50,006 bases of DNA from positions 1 through 50,006 of the forward strand of contig JAJFIM010000172.1 in assembly GCA_021774995.1 (NCBI GenBank). Direction: 5' to 3'. The notes under the pieces are model-generated. The model had not been told where the DNA came from. It worked only from the letters and a program-made list of their open reading frames with translations, and ran no database searches. This document shows positions 17,641 through 26,320 of this stretch, piece by piece. How positions within the stretch are numbered: position 1 is the stretch's first letter; each line of letters begins with the position of its first letter. A program made the translations under genes and the position numbers. This DNA comes from Alphaproteobacteria bacterium (lineage in GTDB: Bacteria; Pseudomonadota; Alphaproteobacteria; SMXP01).

Positions 17641-17664
17641 ACCGCCGCGCCAACGGCGGTTTTT
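17641..17664. terminator. bidirectional rho-independent terminator in the repC leader region
   Basis: accgccg-cgccaa-cggcggt followed by TTTT (17661-17664) and preceded by AAAA. Confidence 0.6.
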
Positions 17665-17736
17665 CCTTATCTGGGATGGTTTAAAAGACTGTTGGTGCGC
17701 TCCTTCGAGGTTTGTTGTGGTTAAGTGAAGATATTT

Positions 17737-18062
17737 GATTCCCCAAGGAAGGGAATCGGAATACCTTAAAGCTATCAGAAACGTGTTACTTTCGCAACCG
17801 ACACATTTGACACTGAATAAACGTCAATACGTAACCTCCGAATAGGTAACTACAGGCTTATAGCCGTGTATAGGACTTCGTAACGTAACTGACATATACA
17901 CATGTAACACTTATTTACATTGTTAGAATGTCTAATTACGTCATAATGTGTATAGTTACGTCACCTTTGACGCTTCTGACGTTAATAAACAGGGTGACAC
18001 AATGGACATTCTTTGCTATTTTTAGGCGTGTCAGAAGTGTTTAAAACTGTAAGGAGTGTCAA
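17737..18062. promoter_or_regulatory. repeat-dense intergenic region (TTACGTCA, CGTAAC, TGACAC/GTGTCA motifs); candidate iteron/operator array
   Basis: TTACGTCA at 17936 and 17956. CGTAAC at 17830, 17879 and 17884. TGACAC at 17808 and 17995. GTGTCA at 18028 and 18056. IR gattccc-N7-gggaatc at 17737-17757. Confidence 0.3.
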
Positions 18063-18710
18063 ATGTCACAAGTGAGCATCACAGAAGCAGCTAAGATGGC
18101 AGGTGTCAGCAGGGCCACAATATATAATGATATTGATTCTGGCACCCTGTCCTTTGAAACTGGGCCTAAAGAAAAAAAGATGATAAACGTCGCTGAACTA
18201 CAGCGCGTCTATAAAACACTCAAATCACCTAATGAAACTGACGAGTCTAAGGATGTTGAAAAACGTCAAGATCGTCAGAATGACGTAACCAACGGGGCAG
18301 GGGGGCAATTTGCTGTTCTTCAAGAGCGTTTAAAAGCTCAAGAAAAACAAAACGAGCATTTAGAGGAGCTATTGAAAAAAGAACAGGACGAGCGCAAACG
18401 CGAACGTGAAACCGCCAAACAATTTGAAGATTACATGAAAGAACAGCTCTCCAATCAAGGCGACAGTATTAAGAACTTTACGCGGCTACTTGAAGATCAG
18501 CGCGGAGCAAAATCAAATGACGATCAGGACGAGTTGAAAGAAACCGTTTTAGCGCTCAAAAAAGAGTTAGACGACCAAAAAGAAGACACACGCAAGAAAG
18601 AAGAAGCGCGCCGTCAGGCGCTCAAAAAACGCCAAGAGCTTGAAAAGAAAGAAGCCGAAGAAGAAGAGGCTGAAAAAAATAAGTCATTTTTCAAAAAATT
18701 ATTTGGATAA
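18063..18710 (+). CDS. KfrA-like protein: N-terminal HTH plus long Lys/Glu-rich coiled coil
   Basis: 215 aa. HTH ITEAAKMAGVSRATIYNDIDSG, followed by charged heptad-like sequence to the C-terminus. Confidence 0.6.
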   Translation: MSQVSITEAAKMAGVSRATIYNDIDSGTLSFETGPKEKKMINVAELQRVYKTLKSPNETDESKDVEKRQDRQNDVTNGAGGQFAVLQERLKAQEKQNEHLEELLKKEQDERKRERETAKQFEDYMKEQLSNQGDSIKNFTRLLEDQRGAKSNDDQDELKETVLALKKELDDQKEDTRKKEEARRQALKKRQELEKKEAEEEEAEKNKSFFKKLFG

Positions 18711-18730
18711 TCTGGAGTAGAGGAGGGGGC

Positions 18731-19146
18731 TTATTTTTTTCTCTTCCATATCCAGGGCATTTCAAAATCCATAGACCAAAGGCCGCGCTGTTCATTCTTC
18801 GCGGCTTTTTGCTGTTCGCTATACGCACCTTTGCTGTATCTCGGATAATCAAAAGCAAAGCCGGCACTAACCATTAATGCGGCCACGTCTTCGCCATGAA
18901 CATAACAACGCGCTACAATGCGTTTATAACGGTCGGTATTCACGCGCTCACATTGTAACTGTGCGCCTTTGGTTAAATTTACAAGCCTTTGACGGGCATA
19001 TTTTCCACAAGGGACATTCGAGCCACTTTTGATACAGGTTTGATGATACTCTGGGGCATCAATCCCCCATAAGCGAACCTCTTGGCCGTCAATGGCAAAG
19101 CTATCACCATCCCGAATGAATAAATCATCGGCGAGGGCAGATACAG
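18731..19146 (-). pseudogene. 3' fragment of a thermonuclease (SNase-like) gene interrupted by an IS
   Basis: SNase blocks RLWGIDAPE, RYKRIVARCY and GLW. The extra 74 N-terminal residues in the track ORF (to 19369) are read out of IS sequence. Confidence 0.8.
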
Positions 19147-20494
19147 TATTTGTGCTTAAGGAGTGAGGTTGGTTGTTCTCCATGTTAAAAAGAAAGTGAA
19201 CATCAACCTTTAAAACAATGGAGAACACCCATGAAATATTATGTCGGATTAGACGTCTCAGTAAAAGAAACTTCTGTATGTATTGTAAATCAGGATGGCG
19301 ATATGATTGCAGAAAAATCAATTTTATCCGAACCTGAAAGTCTCGCTCAATATTTAGAATCTCATGCAATCAAATATGAACGCGTAGGGATTGAGGCAGG
19401 ATGTATAACGCCTTGGCTTTATCACGAATTGACAGCGATCGGATTACCCATGATCTGCATTGAAACACGCCACGCAAAAGCGGCGATGTCTGCACAGAAC
19501 ATAAAAACTGATAAAAATGATGCTCGTGGCATTGCTCACATAATGCGTACTGGATGGTATAAGACCGTACATGTGAAAAGTGACGAAAGCCAAAAAATAC
19601 GCGTTCTTCTAAACAATCGTAAATGCTTGCAAAACAAGGCTATTGATGTCGAAGCTCAAATCAGAGGAACATTAAAGGTTTTCGGACATAAGGTTGGGCG
19701 CATTTCAATAAAGGCTTTTGAGCACAGAGTGAGAGATCTCATTGGAGATAGTGACGAACTCATACTTTATATTGAACCGCTCTTAATCGTACGCGGACAG
19801 TTAAGAACACAATTTCAGAAATTGGATAACATGATAATGCAAATAGCTAAAAATGATATGGTTTGTGAACAATTTATGAGCATTCCGGGAGTAGGGGCTC
19901 TAACAGCTTTGACATTCAAGGCCGCCATTGATAGCCCTAAACGCTTTTCAAAATCAAAAAATGTAGGCGTCCATTTAGGATTAACGCCGCGCAAGTATGC
20001 TTCCGGTGAAATTGATTATAGTGGAAGAATTACAAAATGCGGAGATGCAGGCGCACGATACCATCTTTATATCGCTGCACAGCATCTCATCAATAAAGTT
20101 AAAAAATGCTGCCCCCTTAAAGAATGGGGAATTCGTATCGCAAAAAGATCATCGCCACAAAAAGCCTATGTTGCCGTCGCCAGAAAGCTGTCTGTCATAA
20201 TGCATCGTATGTGGGTGGATGGGACATATTATGAACATGCGTAAGCAAAATACGAAACAGCAAGTCTTATAAAAGAATTCCTGAAAGGGGAATAATGTCC
20301 GGTTAGGACGATAATGAGATGAATATGTGGCCTCCCTTGTGACTTAGATTACGCAGGGCAGATTATATCTCTCGTTTTTGTTTGTAAGGTATCATGAGAC
20401 AGTCTTTAAGCTGATCTCGTAGAGAAGGATAATCCTGACCAGATATTAAGAAAACGCATGGAGTAAGAATATGCCCAGTTGACAAGCACAAATA
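19147..20494 (+). mobile_element. IS110-family insertion sequence (~1348 bp; ends good to a few bp), IS1111-like layout with long 3' non-coding end
   Basis: 11-bp terminal inverted repeat tatttgtgctt (19147-19157) / aagcacaaata (20484-20494). Removing 19147-20494 restores an in-frame 155-aa nuclease with a signal peptide. No target duplication, as expected for IS110. Confidence 0.8.
19231..20244 (+). CDS. IS110-family DEDD transposase/recombinase
   Basis: 337 aa. Has YVGLDVS, VGIEAG, KTDKNDARGIA and the C-terminal SIPGVGALTA block typical of the family. Confidence 0.9.
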   Translation: MKYYVGLDVSVKETSVCIVNQDGDMIAEKSILSEPESLAQYLESHAIKYERVGIEAGCITPWLYHELTAIGLPMICIETRHAKAAMSAQNIKTDKNDARGIAHIMRTGWYKTVHVKSDESQKIRVLLNNRKCLQNKAIDVEAQIRGTLKVFGHKVGRISIKAFEHRVRDLIGDSDELILYIEPLLIVRGQLRTQFQKLDNMIMQIAKNDMVCEQFMSIPGVGALTALTFKAAIDSPKRFSKSKNVGVHLGLTPRKYASGEIDYSGRITKCGDAGARYHLYIAAQHLINKVKKCCPLKEWGIRIAKRSSPQKAYVAVARKLSVIMHRMWVDGTYYEHA

Positions 20495-20546
20495 GAGAAG
20501 GGGAGGCGGCCAATACCGCGCATGTAATGATTAAGCATAATCTCAT
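20495..20546 (-). pseudogene. 5' fragment (signal peptide, MRLCLIITCAVLAASPS) of the IS-split thermonuclease gene
   Basis: ATG at 20546 with GAGGA 10 nt upstream. 52 nt + 416 nt (18731-19146) = 468 nt, in frame. Confidence 0.7.
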
Positions 20547-20619
20547 GTCTTAATATTCCTCATTTTTCAAAAAATCTCTATTACAAATATTCAAATTACT
20601 TGGATAGAGGAGGGGGCGG

Positions 20620-21498
20620 CTATGCCGCCTCCCGCATTTCAGAACTGCTATAAAGAAAATCAACGGCTTTTTGCGCGTGAGACGCCGCCGAAAAAATGAA
20701 TTTCTTGTCGTCTTTAAGCGCTTTGAGCCAGCACGCAATATATTGGGCATGATCGGCGCGTGGCAGGGCTTCAACGCCTGTTGAAGCACAAGCCATAGCT
20801 GCGCCCAATTCGGCTACTAATTCCTCAAAAGCATAATCTGACTTATTAAATTTTTCAGATGGAAAACGATCAAGGCGGTGCTTTGCGCCTGTCCAGTGGG
20901 TTAATTCATGGAGTAGGGTGCTGTAATAGTTTTCCGTGGCCGTAGAGTCAGCGGTATCTTTAAAACGCTCTGGGGAGGGCATATTAATAAAATCGCCAGA
21001 AGGGGAATAATAAGCCTTAATTTCACCATGACGTATATCAGCGCCACTAGCATCAATCAACGCATCTGCCGCGCCTATTGAGGCAATCTCAGAGGGCTTA
21101 AAATCCGCGTCTAGCGCAAACCCTTCCACCTGATCGGCATTGAATACGCGTGACCAACGCGCAAACATGCGCTGTGATTGTTCTTCATTATCATGGCTTG
21201 GCTCTTGTTGGAGCATTTTCCAAAAAACGATTTGAGCGGATTTTTCGCCTTTTTTGACCTGTGCGCCACGTTCTTGCCATTGCTTATATGTTGCCCAGAT
21301 TCCAGATTGGTAGCCTTCACTCATTTGATAAGCCCAGAGCAGGGGAACATTAACGCCTTTATATCGTTTCGCCGTTAAAGCATTTTCTGGCAACTGTGTA
21401 ACCCCATGCCACGGCAATTCAAATTTTCCATTAAGCCCTGCTTCAAGTGCATCTATAATTCTATTTGTAACATCTTGGTAAACATCGTTCTTATTCAT
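20620..21498 (-). CDS. ardC: ArdC antirestriction protein (N-terminal ssDNA-binding domain plus zincin-like metalloprotease)
   Basis: 292 aa. N-terminal DVYQDVTNRIIDALEAG...PW...RYKGVNVPLLW and the metalloprotease motif HELTHWTG. Confidence 0.9.
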   Translation of the reverse strand: MNKNDVYQDVTNRIIDALEAGLNGKFELPWHGVTQLPENALTAKRYKGVNVPLLWAYQMSEGYQSGIWATYKQWQERGAQVKKGEKSAQIVFWKMLQQEPSHDNEEQSQRMFARWSRVFNADQVEGFALDADFKPSEIASIGAADALIDASGADIRHGEIKAYYSPSGDFINMPSPERFKDTADSTATENYYSTLLHELTHWTGAKHRLDRFPSEKFNKSDYAFEELVAELGAAMACASTGVEALPRADHAQYIACWLKALKDDKKFIFSAASHAQKAVDFLYSSSEMREAA

Positions 21499-21919
21499 TT
21501 CACTAATCCTTTAATGAGAGTTGGGTTGCGTCATGCAACCTTGTCTCCGGCGAGGATCGGGTAGCAAAGGTCAAGCGATGAAGGTTTTGGAGAAAACCCT
21601 TGTCGAAAAAATCGGCGAAATATTCTTGTCCTTTTCAAACGCAGAGCTGAAAAAGCAGGAATATGTTCGATCTAATTTTTGGATTAAGCGCTTGACCTGC
21701 GCGAGGCTGAAAGCCTTAGAATAATTTAAACTGTCAAATTATAAATCGTAGATAACACACTGAATTTAATATAAAAGATATATGCTAGACTTACAAAACT
21801 ACTCGTATCGTTTTTAACTAGCGAACATTGCTAATGTTTTACTTTAAGTGAGGGTTTTGCTCTTGGTCTAGGATGTTTTATTCAGACGGGAATTTTAACG
21901 AGTAGGGCAGATAACAACT

Positions 21920-21954
21920 TTATCCACAATTTCAGTGGATGGAATTGTGGATAG
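21920..21954. promoter_or_regulatory. cluster of DnaA-box-like sequences in the ardC upstream region
   Basis: Perfect TTATCCACA at 21920-21928. cTATCCACA on the other strand at 21946-21954. The two form a 10-bp inverted repeat (tatccacaat/attgtggata) around a third degenerate box. Confidence 0.4.
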
Positions 21955-21985
21955 AATAATTAGTTCTGAAAACTATATAACGATC

Positions 21986-22477
21986 TTATTTGTTTTTATT
22001 CTTTACCGCATCAGCCGGCATTGGTACGCGCGCACTAAAGCCCCAAGTATCATCAAACTCTGCACGTTTTTCCAAAAGATCTGGTTGTGGGGTAGGGGGC
22101 TTTATATGCGGTAGCGGCTTTTTCTTGGTCTTATTGCCACCCTTATCCAGTCTTGGAATTGAGAGTTTTGATTTCTGGTATTGGATTAGAAGGTTATTAT
22201 CGTCTGTACAGACAACAAGTTCGGCCTCTACAGGATACGTGCTTGTGATCTTCAAAAGCTGCCGACCATCAACTTCAATTCCTGCATCGAAAATACCGTC
22301 AAATGCTATGTCCATGCCCTTTTTGTGGAAAGCCGCATCAGTGACAGTAATATGACCTTCCGTTTGCTCTTCGATAAGCAGTGGAAATGGTGCCTTTCGT
22401 TTCTTATTTATTCTTCCGGCTGAAAATTTAACAGCAGCGGCAAACTCTCCAGCATTAACTTTTATCACTGAGGCCAT
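21986..22477 (-). CDS. hypothetical protein with Lys/Pro-rich C-terminal segment
   Basis: 163-aa ORF, 2-nt gap from the upstream lipoprotein gene. No motif that I can name confidently. Confidence 0.5.
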   Translation of the reverse strand: MASVIKVNAGEFAAAVKFSAGRINKKRKAPFPLLIEEQTEGHITVTDAAFHKKGMDIAFDGIFDAGIEVDGRQLLKITSTYPVEAELVVCTDDNNLLIQYQKSKLSIPRLDKGGNKTKKKPLPHIKPPTPQPDLLEKRAEFDDTWGFSARVPMPADAVKNKNK

Positions 22478-22479
22478 TA

Positions 22480-22887
22480 TTATTGTGTCTTTTCATTTAC
22501 ATAGATAGCATCACCTTGCAGTGTTTGGTATTCGTCTGTTCCCGAATAGAAAAACCCACCGCCGTTAGTAGAGGGCGTATAACTACTATAGCTATCATGC
22601 TTCTCTCCCATCCCACTGAGAATGACGCCATTAGCTCCTATTTTAGCGGCTTGCTTTTTAAGTTCTTCTACAGCGCGATCCAGAGCATCTTGTTGTGAGA
22701 GAACCTCTACTGCTTCAGATTTTACAATACCAATATTTTCAAAATTTGTTTTAGGCGCGTGGCGATACACTGTTACCAAAGAAGGGTCTATAGGATTACG
22801 TCTCTCGCCCGTAACCAATGCCGATCCCGTGGCGCACCCAACGAGAATTAGCGTTAGCATCAAAATAGAGAATTGTCGTAAAATCAT
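22480..22887 (-). CDS. lipoprotein, unknown function
   Basis: 135 aa. Signal peptide with lipobox LILVGC. Confidence 0.7.
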   Translation of the reverse strand: MILRQFSILMLTLILVGCATGSALVTGERRNPIDPSLVTVYRHAPKTNFENIGIVKSEAVEVLSQQDALDRAVEELKKQAAKIGANGVILSGMGEKHDSYSSYTPSTNGGGFFYSGTDEYQTLQGDAIYVNEKTQ

Positions 22888-22972
22888 AACATCACCTTCA
22901 TTTTCCTTAAACTAGACACAGTTTATTACAAACTGACCGCTTGCAAAACATAATCTTGAAGGTTGCGTCATT

Positions 22973-23287
22973 TTAATTAATCACATCCCTTAAGACTCGC
23001 AGCAGTAAAAACATCGCATAGGTGTCTTGTTTACAGTATTCAGTAAGGTTATCCCATAGCGTAGGTAATTCGCTCTCAGGTAAACTTCCATTGATGAATG
23101 CTCCGTACTGGCGCATGGCTTCGCCGCCATGACCAATCTCAAGATCATCATAACTCAAATCCGTAAAAGCAGGCAAAACCGCTTTAATTGAAGCAGAGCT
23201 GTTCTGGCTTGGATTATAAAGCCACAGTGCTTTCGGACATTGCAGCCCTCTCACATATTGAGATTTTGATATTTTATGTGACGTCAT
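22973..23287 (-). pseudogene. probable internally deleted DUF2779-family gene (N-terminal ~27 aa fused to C-terminal ~75 aa)
   Basis: 104 aa. ISKSQYVRGLQCPKALWL is the usual N-terminus, and LSYDDLEIGHGGEAM...EYCKQDTYAMFLLLRVL the usual C-terminus, of ~450-500-aa DUF2779 proteins as I recall them. Confidence 0.45.
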
Positions 23288-23363
23288 AGTAATCGCTTAT
23301 TGTCATGTTCTTAAAAATGGCTTATTTTCTCATTTATACATTCTTCTAGATAATGAGGGAATA

Positions 23364-23561
23364 GTGAAAACCGACATTTTAACAGTGAAAGAGCTTTCGG
23401 AATACCTCAAGCTCAATGAAAAAACTGCTTATCGGCTCGCAGCCAAGGGAGAAATCCCTGGCTTTAAGGTTGGTGGAAGTTGGCGTTTTAACAAGGCAGA
23501 TATAGACAACTGGATACAACAGCAAAAAGCCGTATCCAACAAAAATAGAGAAAAGAGTTAG
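23364..23561 (+). CDS. excisionase-type (MerR-like) HTH DNA-binding protein, first gene of the defence operon
   Basis: 65 aa with GTG start. LTVKELSEYLKLNEKTAYRLAAKGEIPGFKVGGSWRFNKADIDNWI is the classic 'excisionase family' HTH. Confidence 0.75.
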   Translation: MKTDILTVKELSEYLKLNEKTAYRLAAKGEIPGFKVGGSWRFNKADIDNWIQQQKAVSNKNREKS

Positions 23562-23563
23562 AT

Positions 23564-26320
23564 TTGAACGCCGTAGAGATCGAAGAGGCAATATCACTTT
23601 TAGCGGAACAATCATTTGATCCGGCTGAATTTCCGTATGCGTTTTTAGAAGCCTTTGGCAACAAAACTACGACAATCAAACAATTAAGAAAAGGCACTAG
23701 CAATAAATCCGATATAGAAGGCGGTGTGCTACAGCGTAACAATATTCACATGGCTGTTTGTGCAGAGGGCAGGGTAGAAGAAACGCTCCAAAAACTTAAA
23801 GACAGCCCCCCAACAGCAAAATCCAAGGCTAAATTTATTCTAGCCACTGATGGTAAAGATTTTCAGGCTGAGGACGTAAATAGCGGCGAAACCGTTGCCT
23901 GCGACTATTCTAACTTTCATAATCACTTCGGCTTTTTCCTCCCTTTAGCTGGCATCAGCACCGTAAAACAAATACGTGAAAATTCCTTTGATATTAAGGC
24001 CACAAGCCGCCTGAACAAGCTTTACATCGAACTGCTGCAACATAATCCCGAATGGGCATCAGAAGAGCGTCGTCATGACATGAATCATTTCTTGGCGCGG
24101 TTGATTTTCTGCTTCTTTGCCGAAGATACCGATATTTTTAACGGCGATAATCTATTTACCGCCACCGTTGAAAAAATGAGTAACGGCAATGTAGAAAACA
24201 CCCATGAGATCATAGGTGAAATTTTCCGCGCAATGGATACTAAACAGCCAGAACGCGCGGAAAAGAACATCAAGAACTGGGCAAATGACTTCCCATACGT
24301 AAACGGAGAATTGTTTTCCGGCTCAACAGAAACACCAAAATTTACCAAAATCGCTCGCTCTTACCTGATTCATGTAGGCAATCTGGACTGGAAACAAATC
24401 AATCCTGACATTTTTGGCTCAATGATACAGGCCGTGGCAGATGATGAGGAACGCGGCGCATTGGGGATGCACTATACTTCCGTGCCAAATATATTAAAGG
24501 TGCTTAACCCGTTATTCCTTGATGACCTTCGCGAAAAGCTTGAAGAAGCTGGTGACAGCAAGATTAAGCTTCTTAATCTGCGAAAACGAATAGCGCGTAT
24601 TCGTGTTTTCGATCCAGCTTGTGGGTCTGGTAACTTTCTTGTTATCGCCTATAAGCAAATGCGGGAAATCGAGCATGAAATCAATAAACGGCGCGGCGAA
24701 ACTGGCCAATCCAGTGAAATTCCACTTACAAATTACCGAGGGATAGAGTTGCGGGATTTTTCAGCAGAAGTAGCGCGATTAGCTCTTATTATTGCTGAGT
24801 ATCAATGTGACGTTCTCTATCGTGGCCAACAACTTGCCTTGGCCGAATTTCTACCTCTAAATGCTGAAAATTGGATTACACAGGGAAACGCTTTACGAAT
24901 AGATTGGCTATCAGTATGTCCTCCGACAGGCACAAGCGTAAAGCTACATGGTGATGACTTATTTAATACGCCACTCGATCAGTCTGAAATAGACTTTGAG
25001 AATGAGGGCGGTGAAACCTATATCTGTGGAAACCCTCCATATTTAGGGTCTACATGGCAATCCAAAGAACAAAAATCCGATCTGGAAGCAATTTTTAAAG
25101 ATCATACAAAAACATGGAAGTCATTGGATTATGTAGCGGGTTGGTTTATGAAAGCCGCCGAATACGGCAGACATACAAATGCAGCAGCGGCCTTTGTGTC
25201 AACTAATTCAATATGCCAAGGCCAACAAGTGCCTATCCTTTGGCCTTTGATTTTTAAAACCGACCATGAAATTTCATTTGCACATACTTCCTTCAAATGG
25301 GCAAATCTAGCGAGCTATAACGCCGGTGTCACTGTTGTAATTGTCGGAATATCAAACCAAGCAGGAAAAACAAGACGATTGTTCTCAATAGGCGAGGATG
25401 AAAATACGATTGAAAAAAGAGCTGAAAATATAAATGCCTATTTAGCAGTCGGCGCAAACATTATAGTGAGCAAGGAATCAAAGCCATTAAATAATTTAAC
25501 CTCCATGGATTTTGGAAGTAAGCCTGTAGATGGAGGCAATCTATTTTTAAATCTAACTGAAAAAAAGAGTCTAATTTTTAAGCATAAAGAGGCTAAAAAA
25601 TATATTCATTCTTATTCAAACTCCGAAGAATTCATAAATGGCAAACAACGATTTTGTCTTTGGATTAATGATAATGATTATGAAACGGCAAAAGAATTAC
25701 CAGAAATAGGGCAACGCCTGAACGCTGTTAAAAAAATGCGAGAAGAGAGTTCAAAAGTTCAAACTCAAAATATGGCTGCTTGTCCTCACAAGTTTGGTGA
25801 AGTCAGACATCGTGATAGTTCCTATACAATGGTTGTTCCTCGTGTAAGTTCTGAAAATCGTGATTTTCTTCCTGTAGGCTTAGTCAAAGGAGGGACGATT
25901 GTCGGCGACCGGAATTTTGCGCTTTACGATGCGCCGCTTTGGAATATGGCGTTAATTGCTTCACGCCTACACTGGGTTTGGATCGGTACAGTATGCGTTC
26001 GCATGAGAACGGACTTTTCTTATTCCAACACGCTTGGCTGGAACACGTTTCCCGTTCCGCCGCTTACTGAAAAAAACAAAGAAGACTTAACTGCTTGCGC
26101 CGAAGAAATCCTGATAGCGCGGGAACGGCATTTTCCGGCCACCATTGCCGACCTTTATAATCCAGACAATATGCCGGAAGATTTACGCCGCGCCCATGAT
26201 CGTAACGATGAAGTGTTAGAACGTATCTATATCGGCCGCCGCTTTAAAAATGACACCGAACGCCTCGAAAAACTCTTCGATCTCTACACTCAAATGACAA
26301 CCAAGGGGAGGGTAGCATGA
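23564..26320 (+). CDS. MmeI/PglX-family gamma-class N6-adenine DNA methyltransferase with own TRD; N-terminal nuclease-like domain appears catalytically dead
   Basis: 918 aa with TTG start. Helical motif FLARLIFCFFAEDTDIF, motif I VFDPACGSGNFL, motif IV GNPPYLGS. No D..ExK block in the first 170 aa. Confidence 0.85.
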   Translation: MNAVEIEEAISLLAEQSFDPAEFPYAFLEAFGNKTTTIKQLRKGTSNKSDIEGGVLQRNNIHMAVCAEGRVEETLQKLKDSPPTAKSKAKFILATDGKDFQAEDVNSGETVACDYSNFHNHFGFFLPLAGISTVKQIRENSFDIKATSRLNKLYIELLQHNPEWASEERRHDMNHFLARLIFCFFAEDTDIFNGDNLFTATVEKMSNGNVENTHEIIGEIFRAMDTKQPERAEKNIKNWANDFPYVNGELFSGSTETPKFTKIARSYLIHVGNLDWKQINPDIFGSMIQAVADDEERGALGMHYTSVPNILKVLNPLFLDDLREKLEEAGDSKIKLLNLRKRIARIRVFDPACGSGNFLVIAYKQMREIEHEINKRRGETGQSSEIPLTNYRGIELRDFSAEVARLALIIAEYQCDVLYRGQQLALAEFLPLNAENWITQGNALRIDWLSVCPPTGTSVKLHGDDLFNTPLDQSEIDFENEGGETYICGNPPYLGSTWQSKEQKSDLEAIFKDHTKTWKSLDYVAGWFMKAAEYGRHTNAAAAFVSTNSICQGQQVPILWPLIFKTDHEISFAHTSFKWANLASYNAGVTVVIVGISNQAGKTRRLFSIGEDENTIEKRAENINAYLAVGANIIVSKESKPLNNLTSMDFGSKPVDGGNLFLNLTEKKSLIFKHKEAKKYIHSYSNSEEFINGKQRFCLWINDNDYETAKELPEIGQRLNAVKKMREESSKVQTQNMAACPHKFGEVRHRDSSYTMVVPRVSSENRDFLPVGLVKGGTIVGDRNFALYDAPLWNMALIASRLHWVWIGTVCVRMRTDFSYSNTLGWNTFPVPPLTEKNKEDLTACAEEILIARERHFPATIADLYNPDNMPEDLRRAHDRNDEVLERIYIGRRFKNDTERLEKLFDLYTQMTTKGRVA

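Noticed and set aside
18731-19369. 212-aa ORF in the track, taken at face value as a long nuclease
   Set aside because: Only the part up to 19146 is nuclease-like. Residues encoded by 19147-19369 are read antisense through the IS110 left end and the transposase start. The true 5' end lies at 20495-20546.
20550-20789. 79-aa minus-strand ORF overlapping the ardC 3' end
   Set aside because: It is an alternate frame of ardC, Arg/Lys-rich, with no RBS. The part at 20550-20619 is explained by the nuclease promoter and kfrA-relic region.
21521-21724. 67-aa plus-strand ORF upstream of ardC
   Set aside because: It has no convincing RBS or motif and lies in the ardC promoter region. I keep it as non-coding until homology says otherwise.
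23564-26320. Complete single-chain Type IIL (MmeI-like) restriction-modification enzyme
   Set aside because: The N-terminal domain is collinear with the MmeI nuclease domain, but I cannot find the D..ExK catalytic block. I therefore treat it as an MTase/specificity subunit only. This needs a proper alignment to confirm.
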